The notes below the pieces were generated by a model that did no database searches, was not told where the DNA came from, and saw nothing but the letters and a program-made list of their open reading frames with translations. Shown here one piece after another: positions 40,487 through 50,502 of a stretch of DNA of 64,000 nucleotides. This stretch comes from Nitrospinota bacterium (lineage in GTDB: Bacteria > UBA8248). The stretch is from NCBI GenBank assembly GCA_036231405.1, contig JAZAHK010000046.1, positions 189,706 to 253,705 of the forward strand. The letters are read 5' to 3'. Each line of letters starts with the position of its first letter. The first letter of the stretch is position 1. The position numbers were made by a program, and so were the translations under genes.

Positions 40487-40711
40487 CGTTTTAGTTCCCA
40501 GTTTTATGAAAGGTGAATTCACTTTTATTTTGGAAGCAATGAAAAACCTTTCCCAAGGTATCGTAATAAGTGTTATCTTTCAATAACTATAAGGTAGTGT
40601 TAATTTTTAGTCTTCCAAGAACTCTTTCTTTTATTTTTCTTTTTTGTCATCATTGTTGAAAGTGTTAGATTTGGAGTGAAATTTTCTAAAAAAATAGGGT
40701 TAGGCCATTCG

Positions 40712-41119
40712 ATGAGAGAAGAAGTAATTCGGGTTTTGATAGCTAAACCCGGCTTAGATGGACATGACCGAGGGGCAAAAATTATTGCGAGACATCTCAG
40801 AGATGCTGGGATGGAAGTAATTTACACAGGTCTCAGGCAGACTCCTGAACAAATAGTCGCCACTGCTATTCAAGAAGATGTTGCTGCGGTGGGTTTGTCG
40901 ATTCTTTCCGGTGCTCATAATCACCTTTTCCCAATTATAAGGGAACTTTTGAATGGAAAGGGAATGAGTGATGTTTTACTTTTTGGTGGTGGTACAATTC
41001 CCAAGGAAGATATTGCCGTTTTGGAAAAAAATGGAATAGGTAAAATTTTTTCTCCTGGTTCTAAATTAGAAGACATTGAAACGTATTTGAGATCAGAAGT
41101 GTCTGGCAAAGAATTTTAG
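40712..41119 (+). CDS. Stand-alone cobalamin-binding subunit of an acyl-CoA mutase (methylmalonyl-CoA mutase C-terminal domain)
   Basis: [13 protein letters not shown] (DxHxxG), GLSILSGAH and GGTIP motifs. Confidence 0.92.
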   Translation: MREEVIRVLIAKPGLDGHDRGAKIIARHLRDAGMEVIYTGLRQTPEQIVATAIQEDVAAVGLSILSGAHNHLFPIIRELLNGKGMSDVLLFGGGTIPKEDIAVLEKNGIGKIFSPGSKLEDIETYLRSEVSGKEF

Positions 41120-41135
41120 GTCCAACTTTTAGGAT

Positions 41136-41588
41136 TTGAATGTGAAAAAGAAAATTTTATTGATTCTATTATTTATTCCCTTCATGACATTGATCCTTTC
41201 CTGTTCTAGAAGTCCAATTGAGAAGGCATTAAAAGGGAAGTTAAAGTCTATGGACGAAAATGTTGCTGTGTCTAACCATTGTCAAAGTTGTCACCTACAC
41301 TCAGATTTTGTTCCAGAATTACACATTGTGAAAATGAATAAGAAGTATCAGGACTTTTCTTTACTAAGGAAGAGTAGTAGATGTTTGCAGTGTCATGACT
41401 TAGAACTTGAAAATATTTTCTCTAGAGAAAAACGTTTTACAAATATTCCTCATGGAAAAATTTTTAGTAAAATACCTTCTGAAAAAGAATTTAAAGAGAA
41501 AACCAAACTTCCAAAAGAGAAGAAGATCAATAAAAAACATAAGCAAAAGAATAAAGATAGAAGTTGGTATTTTTTCTATCTTTACTGA
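41136..41588 (+). CDS. Putative diheme c-type cytochrome lipoprotein
   Basis: Lipobox-like ILSC plus CQSCH and CLQCH heme-binding motifs. Confidence 0.65.
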   Translation: MNVKKKILLILLFIPFMTLILSCSRSPIEKALKGKLKSMDENVAVSNHCQSCHLHSDFVPELHIVKMNKKYQDFSLLRKSSRCLQCHDLELENIFSREKRFTNIPHGKIFSKIPSEKEFKEKTKLPKEKKINKKHKQKNKDRSWYFFYLY

Positions 41589-42394
41589 TTAGGGTCCAAA
41601 AAATCCCTAATGCCATCTCCCATGAGATTTAATCCCATTACTGTAAACGCAATTAGAAGACCTGGATACAATGTAAGATGAGGAGCTACAAGCAAGAAAT
41701 TTCTTCCCTCAGCAATCATAGAGCCCCAACTCGCATGTGGTGGTTGAATTCCTAACCCTAGGAAAGAAAGTCCTGCCTCTGCTAATATATTCCCTGCTAC
41801 CCCAAAGCTTGCCTCAATTATGATCGAGGATATTATATTTGTTAGAAGGTGATTTTTAAAAATTCTCCCGTTTGTTGATCCTTGCGCCACTGCAGCAACT
41901 ACGAAATCTCTTTCTTTGAGGCTCAAAATCTGAGATCTAACAAGTCGTGCATATCCAACCCACCCAAATGCAGAAAGAGCTATTATTATATTAAAAACAC
42001 TGGGCTTAAGAACTGACATTAGCCCTATAGCCAGGAGAATGCCCGGAAATGCTAGAAAAATATCAGTGATTCTCATTATAACTTCATCCATGACACCCCC
42101 TGCGTAGCCGGCTATAGCACCCACAAGGGTTCCAATTATTACGGAGACTATAACAACTGAAAATCCTACAAGAAGTGAAATTCTTGCGCCTGCTAACGCA
42201 CGAGATAAAATATCTCTGCCAAGTTTGTCAAACCCAAAAAGATGTCCCCATTCTGGTTTAGCTAACCCTTTTGAAAGTTCAATGTGGTATGGATCAGAGT
42301 TTGAAATAAAAGAAGCAAAAGTTGTTGCGAGTAAGAGAAGGAGGATAATTATAAAGCCAATATTGAAATTAACCTTCTTAAACATTTTGCTCAA
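41582..42394 (-). CDS. Peptide/nickel ABC permease, DppC/OppC-like
   Basis: HLFGFDKLGRDILSR and EAGLSFLGLG.QPP..SWG motifs. Confidence 0.92.
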   Translation of the reverse strand: MSKMFKKVNFNIGFIIILLLLLATTFASFISNSDPYHIELSKGLAKPEWGHLFGFDKLGRDILSRALAGARISLLVGFSVVIVSVIIGTLVGAIAGYAGGVMDEVIMRITDIFLAFPGILLAIGLMSVLKPSVFNIIIALSAFGWVGYARLVRSQILSLKERDFVVAAVAQGSTNGRIFKNHLLTNIISSIIIEASFGVAGNILAEAGLSFLGLGIQPPHASWGSMIAEGRNFLLVAPHLTLYPGLLIAFTVMGLNLMGDGIRDFLDPNQ

Positions 42395-43307
42395 TCCTTA
42401 TTCTTGGATCTAATAATCCGTATAGTATGTCTGCTAGAAGGTTTGTAAGTATGTAAACAGTAGCGATAAAAAGTACGCATCCTTGAACAAGTTGATAGTC
42501 CCTGGCTGCTATTGATTGAATAATGAGTCTCCCAACGCCAGGCCAGGCAAAAACGGTCTCTGTTATAATTGTTCCTGTCAAAAGTGCCCCAAGTTGTAAA
42601 CTCAAAATTGTAACAATTGGTAAGCATGCGTTTCTCATTGCATGGATAAAGATCACTCTTCTTTCTGACAGACCTTTCGCTTTTGCAGTTGCAAGAAATT
42701 CTTGAGGGAGAATTTCTAAAAAACTTGATCGGATCATTCTCATTAGAACGGCTGATAAAGATGCTCCTAAAGTCAATGCAGGCAAGATAATACTTTCAAT
42801 TCCAGTTCTCCCTGAGACAGGGAACCACCCAGTACCTATTGAAAAGCAAATTATCAAAATTGGTCCTAGCCAGAACACCGGTACACTACCACCGATAACC
42901 GCGATTACACTTGCTGTTAAATCTATCCAACTTCCTGGACTTCTTGCAGAAGCGATTCCTAACGGAAATGCGATAAGCATGGCTACAATTATTGAAGCAA
43001 ATGCGAGTTCAAAAGAGGCTTTAGCCTTTTTTACTATAAGAGATGAAACTTTTTCTTTCCTATGGATAGACTCTCCTAAGTTGCCCTTAAGAAGTTCCTT
43101 CATATAGGAAAAATACTGTTGGTGTATTGGTTTATCTAATCCCATCGCTTTTCTTAGTTCTTCCCGATGACTTGGTCTCGCTGTTTCTCCCAAAATCAAA
43201 TCTATAGGATCCCCAGGAATAATATGCGTAATAATAAATACTATAGTCGCGACGCCCCAAATAATTGGGAGCAGTAGTATTAATCTTTTTAATATGAGGT
43301 TTCGCAA
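42378..43307 (-). CDS. Peptide/nickel ABC permease, DppB/OppB-like
   Basis: IPGDP, TAKAKGLS and TETVFAWPGVG motifs. Confidence 0.92.
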   Translation of the reverse strand: MRNLILKRLILLLPIIWGVATIVFIITHIIPGDPIDLILGETARPSHREELRKAMGLDKPIHQQYFSYMKELLKGNLGESIHRKEKVSSLIVKKAKASFELAFASIIVAMLIAFPLGIASARSPGSWIDLTASVIAVIGGSVPVFWLGPILIICFSIGTGWFPVSGRTGIESIILPALTLGASLSAVLMRMIRSSFLEILPQEFLATAKAKGLSERRVIFIHAMRNACLPIVTILSLQLGALLTGTIITETVFAWPGVGRLIIQSIAARDYQLVQGCVLFIATVYILTNLLADILYGLLDPRIRIEQNV

Positions 43308-43330
43308 TTTTTGCCCGTCTTATATTTATT

Positions 43331-44875
43331 TTAAGGTTTAATTTTTATTTTTATCTTTGAAAGAGATATAAGGTCTTCATTTTGATAGACCTTGTAACCT
43401 CTTATTCTTCGATGAAAGACTGCAACATTTATGCCGTGCCACAAATTGATATAGGGAAGGTCATTTGCAAGTATCTCTTGTACCTTGCGGTAATTTTCTT
43501 TCCTGTATTTTTTATTACTATTTGAGCTTGCATTTTCCAATAATTTATCGACGATAGGGTTTTTATATTTTCCCCGATTTAGTCCTTTGGGAGGAATAAA
43601 TTTACTGTGGAAGATAAATCGGTATATGTCAGGATCGGATACTCCCACCCAAGTAAGGGAATAAATCTGAAAATTTCCTTTTCTTATATCGCTAAAAAAA
43701 GTTCCCCATTCATAGGATCTTAATCGTATTTTTATACCTACAGAGGCCAACTGATCTGCCAAGACAGTTGCAATACGAAGTCGGAGTTCATTTTGAGATG
43801 TTTTGAAAGTTAAGGTAAATCTGGGGAGAGGCCCTTTTCCGTCAGGGTCTTTATATCCTGCTTTATCTAGTAATTCATTCGCATACAGTAAACTATGTTC
43901 GTATTTCTCTAAATTTGGAGCATGTGCCCAGTGAGTGACTGGTAGCAGACTATTTGATGGTAAAACAAGATCTTTTAAAATATGTTTAGTTATGGGTTTT
44001 TTGTTTATAGCATAAGCGATGGCTTTCCTTACAAGGTGGTTTGAAAGGATTGGGTCTTCCAAATTAAATCCTATGTATGAAAAATTTGTCCCTAATCTCT
44101 TTAAAATTCGAAGATTCGGATTTTTTTGTAGCCTTGGTAAAATATCTGGAGAGAAACCGTTCTGAATGAAGTCGACCCCTCCACTTTCCAATTCCAAAAT
44201 GCGGATTGTTTCTTCAGGGATGATTTTGAAAATTAATTTCTTAAAGGCAACTGTTTTTTGAAAGTAGTTTTTAAAAGCAACTAGTTCCAAAGTTTCATCG
44301 TTTCTGTAATGCGAGAATCTAAAAGGGCCTGTTCCAATAGGTTTTTGTTGAAAGTCTTTTGATGCAGATTTTGGAACTATTCCTATCATAAGGCATTCAG
44401 CAAATGAAGCCGATGGTCTCTTAAGTTTAAAAGTTATTTTATATTTTGAATTAAGTTGTATTTCTTTTAGATCCTTAAGCATCGAAGATTTGGGAGAAGC
44501 GAAAAGGGGGTCCCTTAAAGATTCATATGTATACTTAATATCTTCAGATGTTAATTCCTTCCCATTATGAAAAAGTACATTTTCTTTAATTGTAATTGTG
44601 TGAGTGAGTGGGTCTGGGTGCTCCCATCTTTCAGCAAGTACCATCTCGATTTTTCCATCACGATCGAAGGAAAGCAACGGATTGAAGAGGAACCTTTGAA
44701 TTTGATTTGAGACAGAGTCTTGCGATAACCTTGGGTCTAATTGTGTTGGGTTCGAATCTAAGGCGACTACTATTTGGTCTTTGCTGGAATGTTTCCCCTT
44801 GTTACAACTTAATAGCATAGATGAAATTATTGCCGCCAAAAAGAGTATTTTGAAAATGCTATTTGAAAATCTCAA
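43331..44875 (-). CDS. Family 5 ABC substrate-binding lipoprotein (DppA/OppA-like)
   Basis: Lipobox LLSC; LDP, FHNGKELTSEDI, PIGTGPF and VRKAIAYAIN motifs. Confidence 0.92.
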   Translation of the reverse strand: MRFSNSIFKILFLAAIISSMLLSCNKGKHSSKDQIVVALDSNPTQLDPRLSQDSVSNQIQRFLFNPLLSFDRDGKIEMVLAERWEHPDPLTHTITIKENVLFHNGKELTSEDIKYTYESLRDPLFASPKSSMLKDLKEIQLNSKYKITFKLKRPSASFAECLMIGIVPKSASKDFQQKPIGTGPFRFSHYRNDETLELVAFKNYFQKTVAFKKLIFKIIPEETIRILELESGGVDFIQNGFSPDILPRLQKNPNLRILKRLGTNFSYIGFNLEDPILSNHLVRKAIAYAINKKPITKHILKDLVLPSNSLLPVTHWAHAPNLEKYEHSLLYANELLDKAGYKDPDGKGPLPRFTLTFKTSQNELRLRIATVLADQLASVGIKIRLRSYEWGTFFSDIRKGNFQIYSLTWVGVSDPDIYRFIFHSKFIPPKGLNRGKYKNPIVDKLLENASSNSNKKYRKENYRKVQEILANDLPYINLWHGINVAVFHRRIRGYKVYQNEDLISLSKIKIKIKP

Positions 44876-45021
44876 TTAGGAATCACTCTTAAAAGAAGGG
44901 CAGAAAGAACCAAGAACGAATTTGTCATATGTTATACTCAACGTCAATAGAATTGTTTTGACGATTGCAGGGTGTGACTGATAAGGATTATTATTGTTTT
45001 TTTATAGCTGCGGAGTGACCA

Positions 45022-45576
45022 ATGCTTATATGTTCTAGGATTAGGCTAATTTTTTCCAAGCAATTTATGTGCTCGATATGTTTGCTGACGGTATTTTTCC
45101 ATTTCAATTTTCTATTTGCTGAGCAGACGACATCCAGAACCCTTAAGGTGGGAGATAAAGCTCCCATTTTTGAAGTTGGGGACTTTAGTTCAAAAAAATA
45201 TTTCAAAAAAAAGAATCTTACGATTGTCTTTTATAGAGGTCATTTCTGAGGTCATTGTCAGAAGCAACTTGTAGAGTTGCAACAGAGTTTTTCTGAACTC
45301 GAAAACAAAAATTCTAAACTCATTGCAATAAGTACTGATGGTAACGACGAAGTAAATCGTTCGATAAGTGAACTAGGGATAAAGTTTCATATTGTTTCGG
45401 ACGTAGATCGAAAAGTGGTTCGTTTGTTTGGTGTTCTTCACCCAGATGAAGGTATCTCGAGACCTGCTGTTTTTGTGATAGATAAAAAAGGTTTCATTAG
45501 GTACCGTAAAGTAGGAAAAGATTATACGGATAGGCCCACAGTGAAACTGTTGATACAGATTTTAGCGCTATTGTAA
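45022..45576 (+). CDS. Peroxiredoxin-like (AhpC/TSA, redoxin) probable selenoprotein with N-terminal signal-like segment (Sec at TGA 45247-45249)
   Basis: ORFs 45022-45249 and 45277-45576 are in the same frame; read-through gives VGDKAP.F...FYRGHF-U-GHC-QKQL...AISTD...RPAVFVID. Confidence 0.85.
45264..45280 (+). promoter_or_regulatory. Putative bacterial SECIS hairpin
   Basis: GCAACT-TGTAG-AGTTGC beginning 14 nt after the in-frame TGA; G at the second loop position. Confidence 0.68.
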
Positions 45577-45598
45577 AATCTGGGGAAGGAGGTCTAAG

Positions 45599-47209
45599 TT
45601 GAGGAGATTTTCCCCCCTGAATTTGCGTCTTATATATATGTGTTTTTTATTTTTTCTTTTTTTGTCTCTCAATACATCTACTGCTTTTTCGAAAAAAAAT
45701 AATGTTCGAGTGAACAGTGGAATTAAGACACTTTCAGTTCTAAAAAGGCTTTTAAATAAGTCTATAAAAAGAAACTGTAAAAGGACTAAAAAACTTGGAT
45801 TTATTGTACAATCTCTCACAGTGGGAGACACCCTATATTCTTATCTTGCTCACAGAAAAAGAATCCCAGCATCTAACATTAAGTTGATTACCTCATTAAC
45901 AGGCCTATATTACCTTAGACCTGAATATATTTTTGTCACAGATATATATTCTCTTTCTCCCTTAGTAAGTGGAGTGGTTAAGGGTAATATTTTTTTGAAA
46001 GGGTACGGAGATCCCATTTTTCTTCAAGAAAATATTAAAGAATTAGTGAATAAATTTAAGTTGCTGGGTGTTAGAAAAATTATAGGGAATCTTGTAGTAG
46101 ACGAGAGTTTTTTTGATAAGAAGAGATTTGGTATCGGTTGGAAAAAAAACAAAAATTTAAGAACTTATAAGGTTCCTAGTAGTGCACTTTCCTTGAATTT
46201 TAACTCAGTCTTGATAAGTGTCGACCCTGGAAAGGGGAGAACCATTGGTGCTTTACGAGTAAGGATGGATCCAGTTTCTGATATGCTCAGAATAAAATCG
46301 AGAATTGAAAAAGATAACTCTATCTTGAGATCAAAGTTAACTTTTCAGAGAATCTTTGCAAAAAAAAGGAAAGATGTTTTCCTAATCCAGGGGAAAGTGC
46401 CCTACAAAGGAAAAATCGTATATAAGCGATTACCTGTCAAAAATCCATCTTTTTATACTGCCGGAGTTTTTTCCTCTTTGCTCAGGGAGAACTCAATTTC
46501 TTTAACCGGTGGGATAAAGGTTGGATTAACTCCAAAAAGGGCAAACTTGATAGTTCGACATTCTTCGAAGAACCTTTCCTCTGTTATTAGATTGATGAAC
46601 AAGTGGAGCAACAATTTTATTTCAGAGCAAATTCTGAAAACTTTAGGAGCAGAGTTGTTTGGTATGCCAGGTACTTCAAAAAAAGGATTAAGAGCGATAA
46701 CAAAGTATCTATTGTCTATAGGTATTCCTAGGAAGTCTTTTGAAATTTACGATGGATCTGGGCTTAGTAGGATGAATCGTATTACGCCTTATGCGATGGT
46801 TAAGCTCTTAGCTAATGGTTATCATGATCATCGTTTCTCCTCTGATTTTCTTTCTTCTTTGCCTATTTACGGGATTGATGGAACTTTAAGAAAACGCAGG
46901 AGATTGATGAAGGATGAATATCGTGTTAGAGCGAAAACTGGATATTTAAACGGAGTTAGTTCACTCAGTGGATATGTTTTTTCAAAAAATGGGGAAGTTC
47001 TTGCGTTTTCTCTTTTGATTAATAGCAATTCGTGTAGTTCAAAGAGATTGGTTCGAAAAATAACGAAATATTTGCAATTGTTTGATAGGTCACTTCACAA
47101 AAAAACTAGAAGTATCGTTTTGAATATGAAAAATCGAGGAAAGTTTTCTCAAGCGATAATAAAAAATAATTTCAATGCTTGGCATAGGACTAATAAACCA
47201 CGATTATGA
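45599..47209 (+). CDS. dacB: D-alanyl-D-alanine carboxypeptidase/endopeptidase (PBP4, peptidase S13)
   Basis: PASNIK (SxxK), KWSNN (SxN), DGSGLSR and AKTG motifs. Confidence 0.92.
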   Translation: MRRFSPLNLRLIYMCFLFFLFLSLNTSTAFSKKNNVRVNSGIKTLSVLKRLLNKSIKRNCKRTKKLGFIVQSLTVGDTLYSYLAHRKRIPASNIKLITSLTGLYYLRPEYIFVTDIYSLSPLVSGVVKGNIFLKGYGDPIFLQENIKELVNKFKLLGVRKIIGNLVVDESFFDKKRFGIGWKKNKNLRTYKVPSSALSLNFNSVLISVDPGKGRTIGALRVRMDPVSDMLRIKSRIEKDNSILRSKLTFQRIFAKKRKDVFLIQGKVPYKGKIVYKRLPVKNPSFYTAGVFSSLLRENSISLTGGIKVGLTPKRANLIVRHSSKNLSSVIRLMNKWSNNFISEQILKTLGAELFGMPGTSKKGLRAITKYLLSIGIPRKSFEIYDGSGLSRMNRITPYAMVKLLANGYHDHRFSSDFLSSLPIYGIDGTLRKRRRLMKDEYRVRAKTGYLNGVSSLSGYVFSKNGEVLAFSLLINSNSCSSKRLVRKITKYLQLFDRSLHKKTRSIVLNMKNRGKFSQAIIKNNFNAWHRTNKPRL

Positions 47210-47244
47210 TGAAAAATGAAATTCTTTATTGAAAGAACTATAGA

Positions 47245-49038
47245 TTGAAGAATGTTGAAGCTTTAAAAAATAACTTTCAAAGTGATTGGACAATCCGATA
47301 TGCCGATGAAGGTATAGTTGAAAGTTTGAGAAATGCCTTAGATATCCCAAAGTTTTTAGCGAGACTTCTAGTTATAAGAAATATAATTGATCCTGAACAT
47401 GCAGAAAAATTTTTATGCACGACAATTAAAGATATGCATGATCCATTCTTAATGAAAGGAATGAAGAAAGCAGTAGATCATCTTGTGGATAGCTTACAAA
47501 AAAAGAAATCTATCGGAATTTATGGTGATTTTGATGTTGACGGGATCTCTTCCACTACACTTTTATATGGCTTCTTCTCTTCACTGGGCATTGATGCTCA
47601 TTACTATATCCCTAGCCGCTTTGAAGAAGGATATGGTTTATTTATGAAGGGAATAAAACAATTGTCCTCAAAAGGATGTATGACAATTGTTACCGTTGAT
47701 TGTGGAATTAGTGCACACGAGGTAGCAGAAGAGACCGAGAAAATAGGTGTTGATCTTATAATTACAGATCATCATAGATCTTCTGATAAACTGCCAAAAT
47801 GTTTTTCCGTAGTATCTCCTGGTCAATCTGAATGCGAATATCCCTTTAAAGGATTAAGTGGTGTTGGGATCGCATTCAAGTTGGCAGTAGCAATCCGACG
47901 TAGATTGCATGAACTGTCTTTCATTAAAAATTTACCAAACTTGAAAAACTATCTTGATCTTGTAGCACTTGGAACGATTGCTGATTTGGTTCCTCTAGTA
48001 GATGAGAATCGTTTTTTTGTAAAGACTGGGTTGGAATTACTTTCTTTTGATGGTTCTCAAGAAGGTTCGTCTAGTAAAGATCTAAGAAGAACAGGCATCA
48101 AGGCTTTGCAATCTGCCGCCAACTTGAAATCAAGTCTGATCTCATCAAGAGATGTTTCTTTTTCAATCGCACCTAGAATAAATTCTACTGGTAGAGTGGG
48201 CAATGCAAGAGCAGCCGTAGAACTATTGACCTGTGATGATTTACCTAAAGCTAGATCGAAAGCAGAAAAAATTGAAGAGTGGAATCGTCAGAGAAGGAAA
48301 CATCAAGATCAAGCAATCGAGGATGCTTTCTTGGAGGTAGAATCTTCTGAACAAGAATCTGTGGAGTATGGGATAGTTTTATCTAGTGAAAAATGGCATC
48401 CAGGTGTATTAGGAATAGTTGCTTCCAATATTGTAGAATTCTTCGAAAAACCGGCAGCTGTTATCCATGTTGACGATTCAAAGGCTAAGGGTTCCGTTAG
48501 AAGTGTAGAAGGAATTGATGTTTATAATGTCCTCTCCCGATGTTCCGATTCATTACTACAATTTGGAGGTCATAAAGGTGCTGCTGGGCTTACCATAAAA
48601 CCAGATAAAATTGATTCATTTCGTAAATCGTTTAATGATGTTTTGAAAAGTTTAAGACTTCCTTCCAAAGAGAAATCTATTTTTTGGGTTGATGAAAAAG
48701 TTGACTTGACCGAAATTGATGAAACTTTCGTTCAAGAAGTTGAGAGATTGTCCCCATTTGGTGCTGAGAACGAAAAGCCTATTTTTGTGAGTGGTCCTCT
48801 TTCTATAATAGGATGTCCTATCCTAGTTGGACCAAATCGAGAACATTTAAAGTTGGACTTTCAAGTAGGTGAGGGGAGAATAAATTCCATAGGCTTTGGA
48901 CTCGGGTTCTTATCTGAAAAATTCGATTTAGAGAATGAGAAAATAGAAATTGCATTTTCGGTTGGATTCAATAAATGGAGGGGAAAAACTAAGATACAAC
49001 TTGAACTACATGCAGTCCGACCTTTTCGTGTTCCTTAG
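47245..49038 (+). CDS. recJ: Single-stranded-DNA-specific exonuclease RecJ
   Basis: YGDFDVDG, TVDCG, ITDHH, GTIADLVPL and FGGHKGAAG motifs. Confidence 0.96.
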   Translation: MKNVEALKNNFQSDWTIRYADEGIVESLRNALDIPKFLARLLVIRNIIDPEHAEKFLCTTIKDMHDPFLMKGMKKAVDHLVDSLQKKKSIGIYGDFDVDGISSTTLLYGFFSSLGIDAHYYIPSRFEEGYGLFMKGIKQLSSKGCMTIVTVDCGISAHEVAEETEKIGVDLIITDHHRSSDKLPKCFSVVSPGQSECEYPFKGLSGVGIAFKLAVAIRRRLHELSFIKNLPNLKNYLDLVALGTIADLVPLVDENRFFVKTGLELLSFDGSQEGSSSKDLRRTGIKALQSAANLKSSLISSRDVSFSIAPRINSTGRVGNARAAVELLTCDDLPKARSKAEKIEEWNRQRRKHQDQAIEDAFLEVESSEQESVEYGIVLSSEKWHPGVLGIVASNIVEFFEKPAAVIHVDDSKAKGSVRSVEGIDVYNVLSRCSDSLLQFGGHKGAAGLTIKPDKIDSFRKSFNDVLKSLRLPSKEKSIFWVDEKVDLTEIDETFVQEVERLSPFGAENEKPIFVSGPLSIIGCPILVGPNREHLKLDFQVGEGRINSIGFGLGFLSEKFDLENEKIEIAFSVGFNKWRGKTKIQLELHAVRPFRVP

Positions 49039-50168
49039 TCTCTTAAAGTATTTAGAGACGCCCTGTCGTCTGGTTTCATAGAAAATGCGTCAAGACCTGT
49101 TAGGTCTAATCCTTTGCTTAGAAGTAAAACCTTAATTCCGCTTCCTAGTCCTGTAGGATTGACTAATCCCATAATCCCTTTACGATTCATTTCAGAATTG
49201 AAGATATTTTCTTCATGGATGAGTTCTGCTATTCTTCCGCCAATACAAAAATGAGTTTGATCTGTAAATCCACCTAGGGTGAAACCAAACTTTTCAGCGG
49301 ATTTGACTATATATGAAAAATTCACGTCTGCTGTGATGTCGGATTCTCCAATATTTTCTAAATTTACTTCTGAAACGGTATGTTTTCTAAAACTTCTAGC
49401 AGTTCCAGAAAATCTTGTTTGGTCAAAGATAACTTTATTTGAAAATCCGTAATCAAAAATCAGAACAGCACCTTTTTTTAGTTTTTTGGAAATTTGTTCA
49501 ATCCAAAATTCAGCGTCCAGACAAACCTCAAAAGTTTGTCCTAAACGAAGATAAGAATCGATTTCTTTTGAATATTCAATGAGTGAAGGTTTTGAAACAG
49601 GGCCGAGTTCATATTTTAGTTTATTAGATTCTAAGACAATATGTTTTTCCTCAAATCCATTTTCCGTTTTTTGTAAAATATGAAAAGGGAGAGCATCTAT
49701 AAATTCATGAGCTAAGATGATTCCTTCAAAATTTTCAGGAGGGGTTTTGACAAAAGATATATCGTGTTCGAAGCTAGACAAAAGGTCTTTGCTTTTTTTA
49801 ACTAAATGGTTACTTTTTTCTATTAAAAAAAAGTCAATGGGAATTTTATCTGATTCTAGAGTTTTGAGAATATCGTGGGCCAAAAATCCTTCTCCAGGAC
49901 CATATTCTATAATTTTAAAATCATCGGGGCTCATCATTTTTTTAAAAATAATTTTTATCTGATTTGCAATGATTGCACCAAGCCATTTCGCGTGGTAATG
50001 ACTAGTAATGAATGCGCCTTCCTTTCCAAACTGACTATGTTCTTTGCAATAAAATCCTCCTAGAGGGTCATACAAAGCTATTTCCATAAAATCGTAAAAG
50101 GGCATTGGTCCTAATGCTAACTTAGTTAAAATTTTCTCGTTCAGGCTTACATTATTTGAAATTTTCAT
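49035..50168 (-). CDS. MidA/NDUFAF7-family SAM-dependent methyltransferase
   Basis: FMEIALY, FITS, EYGPGEG, HEFIDALP, FDYG and DITADVNF motifs. Confidence 0.88.
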   Translation of the reverse strand: MKISNNVSLNEKILTKLALGPMPFYDFMEIALYDPLGGFYCKEHSQFGKEGAFITSHYHAKWLGAIIANQIKIIFKKMMSPDDFKIIEYGPGEGFLAHDILKTLESDKIPIDFFLIEKSNHLVKKSKDLLSSFEHDISFVKTPPENFEGIILAHEFIDALPFHILQKTENGFEEKHIVLESNKLKYELGPVSKPSLIEYSKEIDSYLRLGQTFEVCLDAEFWIEQISKKLKKGAVLIFDYGFSNKVIFDQTRFSGTARSFRKHTVSEVNLENIGESDITADVNFSYIVKSAEKFGFTLGGFTDQTHFCIGGRIAELIHEENIFNSEMNRKGIMGLVNPTGLGSGIKVLLLSKGLDLTGLDAFSMKPDDRASLNTLRD

Positions 50169-50253
50169 TTTTTCATTATACAGGAATATCTTTTTATATG
50201 AATTTGTTGTGCTAAGATAAGGAAAAAAACTTTTTGATTAACTGGAGATATGA

Positions 50254-50502
50254 ATGTTGGTTAAAGTAAAGTGTTTTGCATGGGCTTATGAAGTAACAGG
50301 TTCAGATGAAATTGAAGTTGAGATGAAAGAATCCGCGAAAGTTTCGGATTTGAGAGAGATTCTTTCTCAAAAGTTTCCTAAATTTTCTGGTCGTATGGAA
50401 TCTATAGCAGTTTCGATTAATCAGGAATTTGTCGGAGAAGGAGCCATTATTTCTTCTTCTGATGAGGTAGCACTCATTCCTCCCATTAGTGGAGGTCTAT
50501 AA
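50254..50502 (+). CDS. moaD: Molybdopterin synthase sulfur carrier subunit (ends GG-L)
   Basis: VKCFA...AVSIN...DEVALIPPISGG motif; precedes moaE. Confidence 0.9.
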   Translation: MLVKVKCFAWAYEVTGSDEIEVEMKESAKVSDLREILSQKFPKFSGRMESIAVSINQEFVGEGAIISSSDEVALIPPISGGL

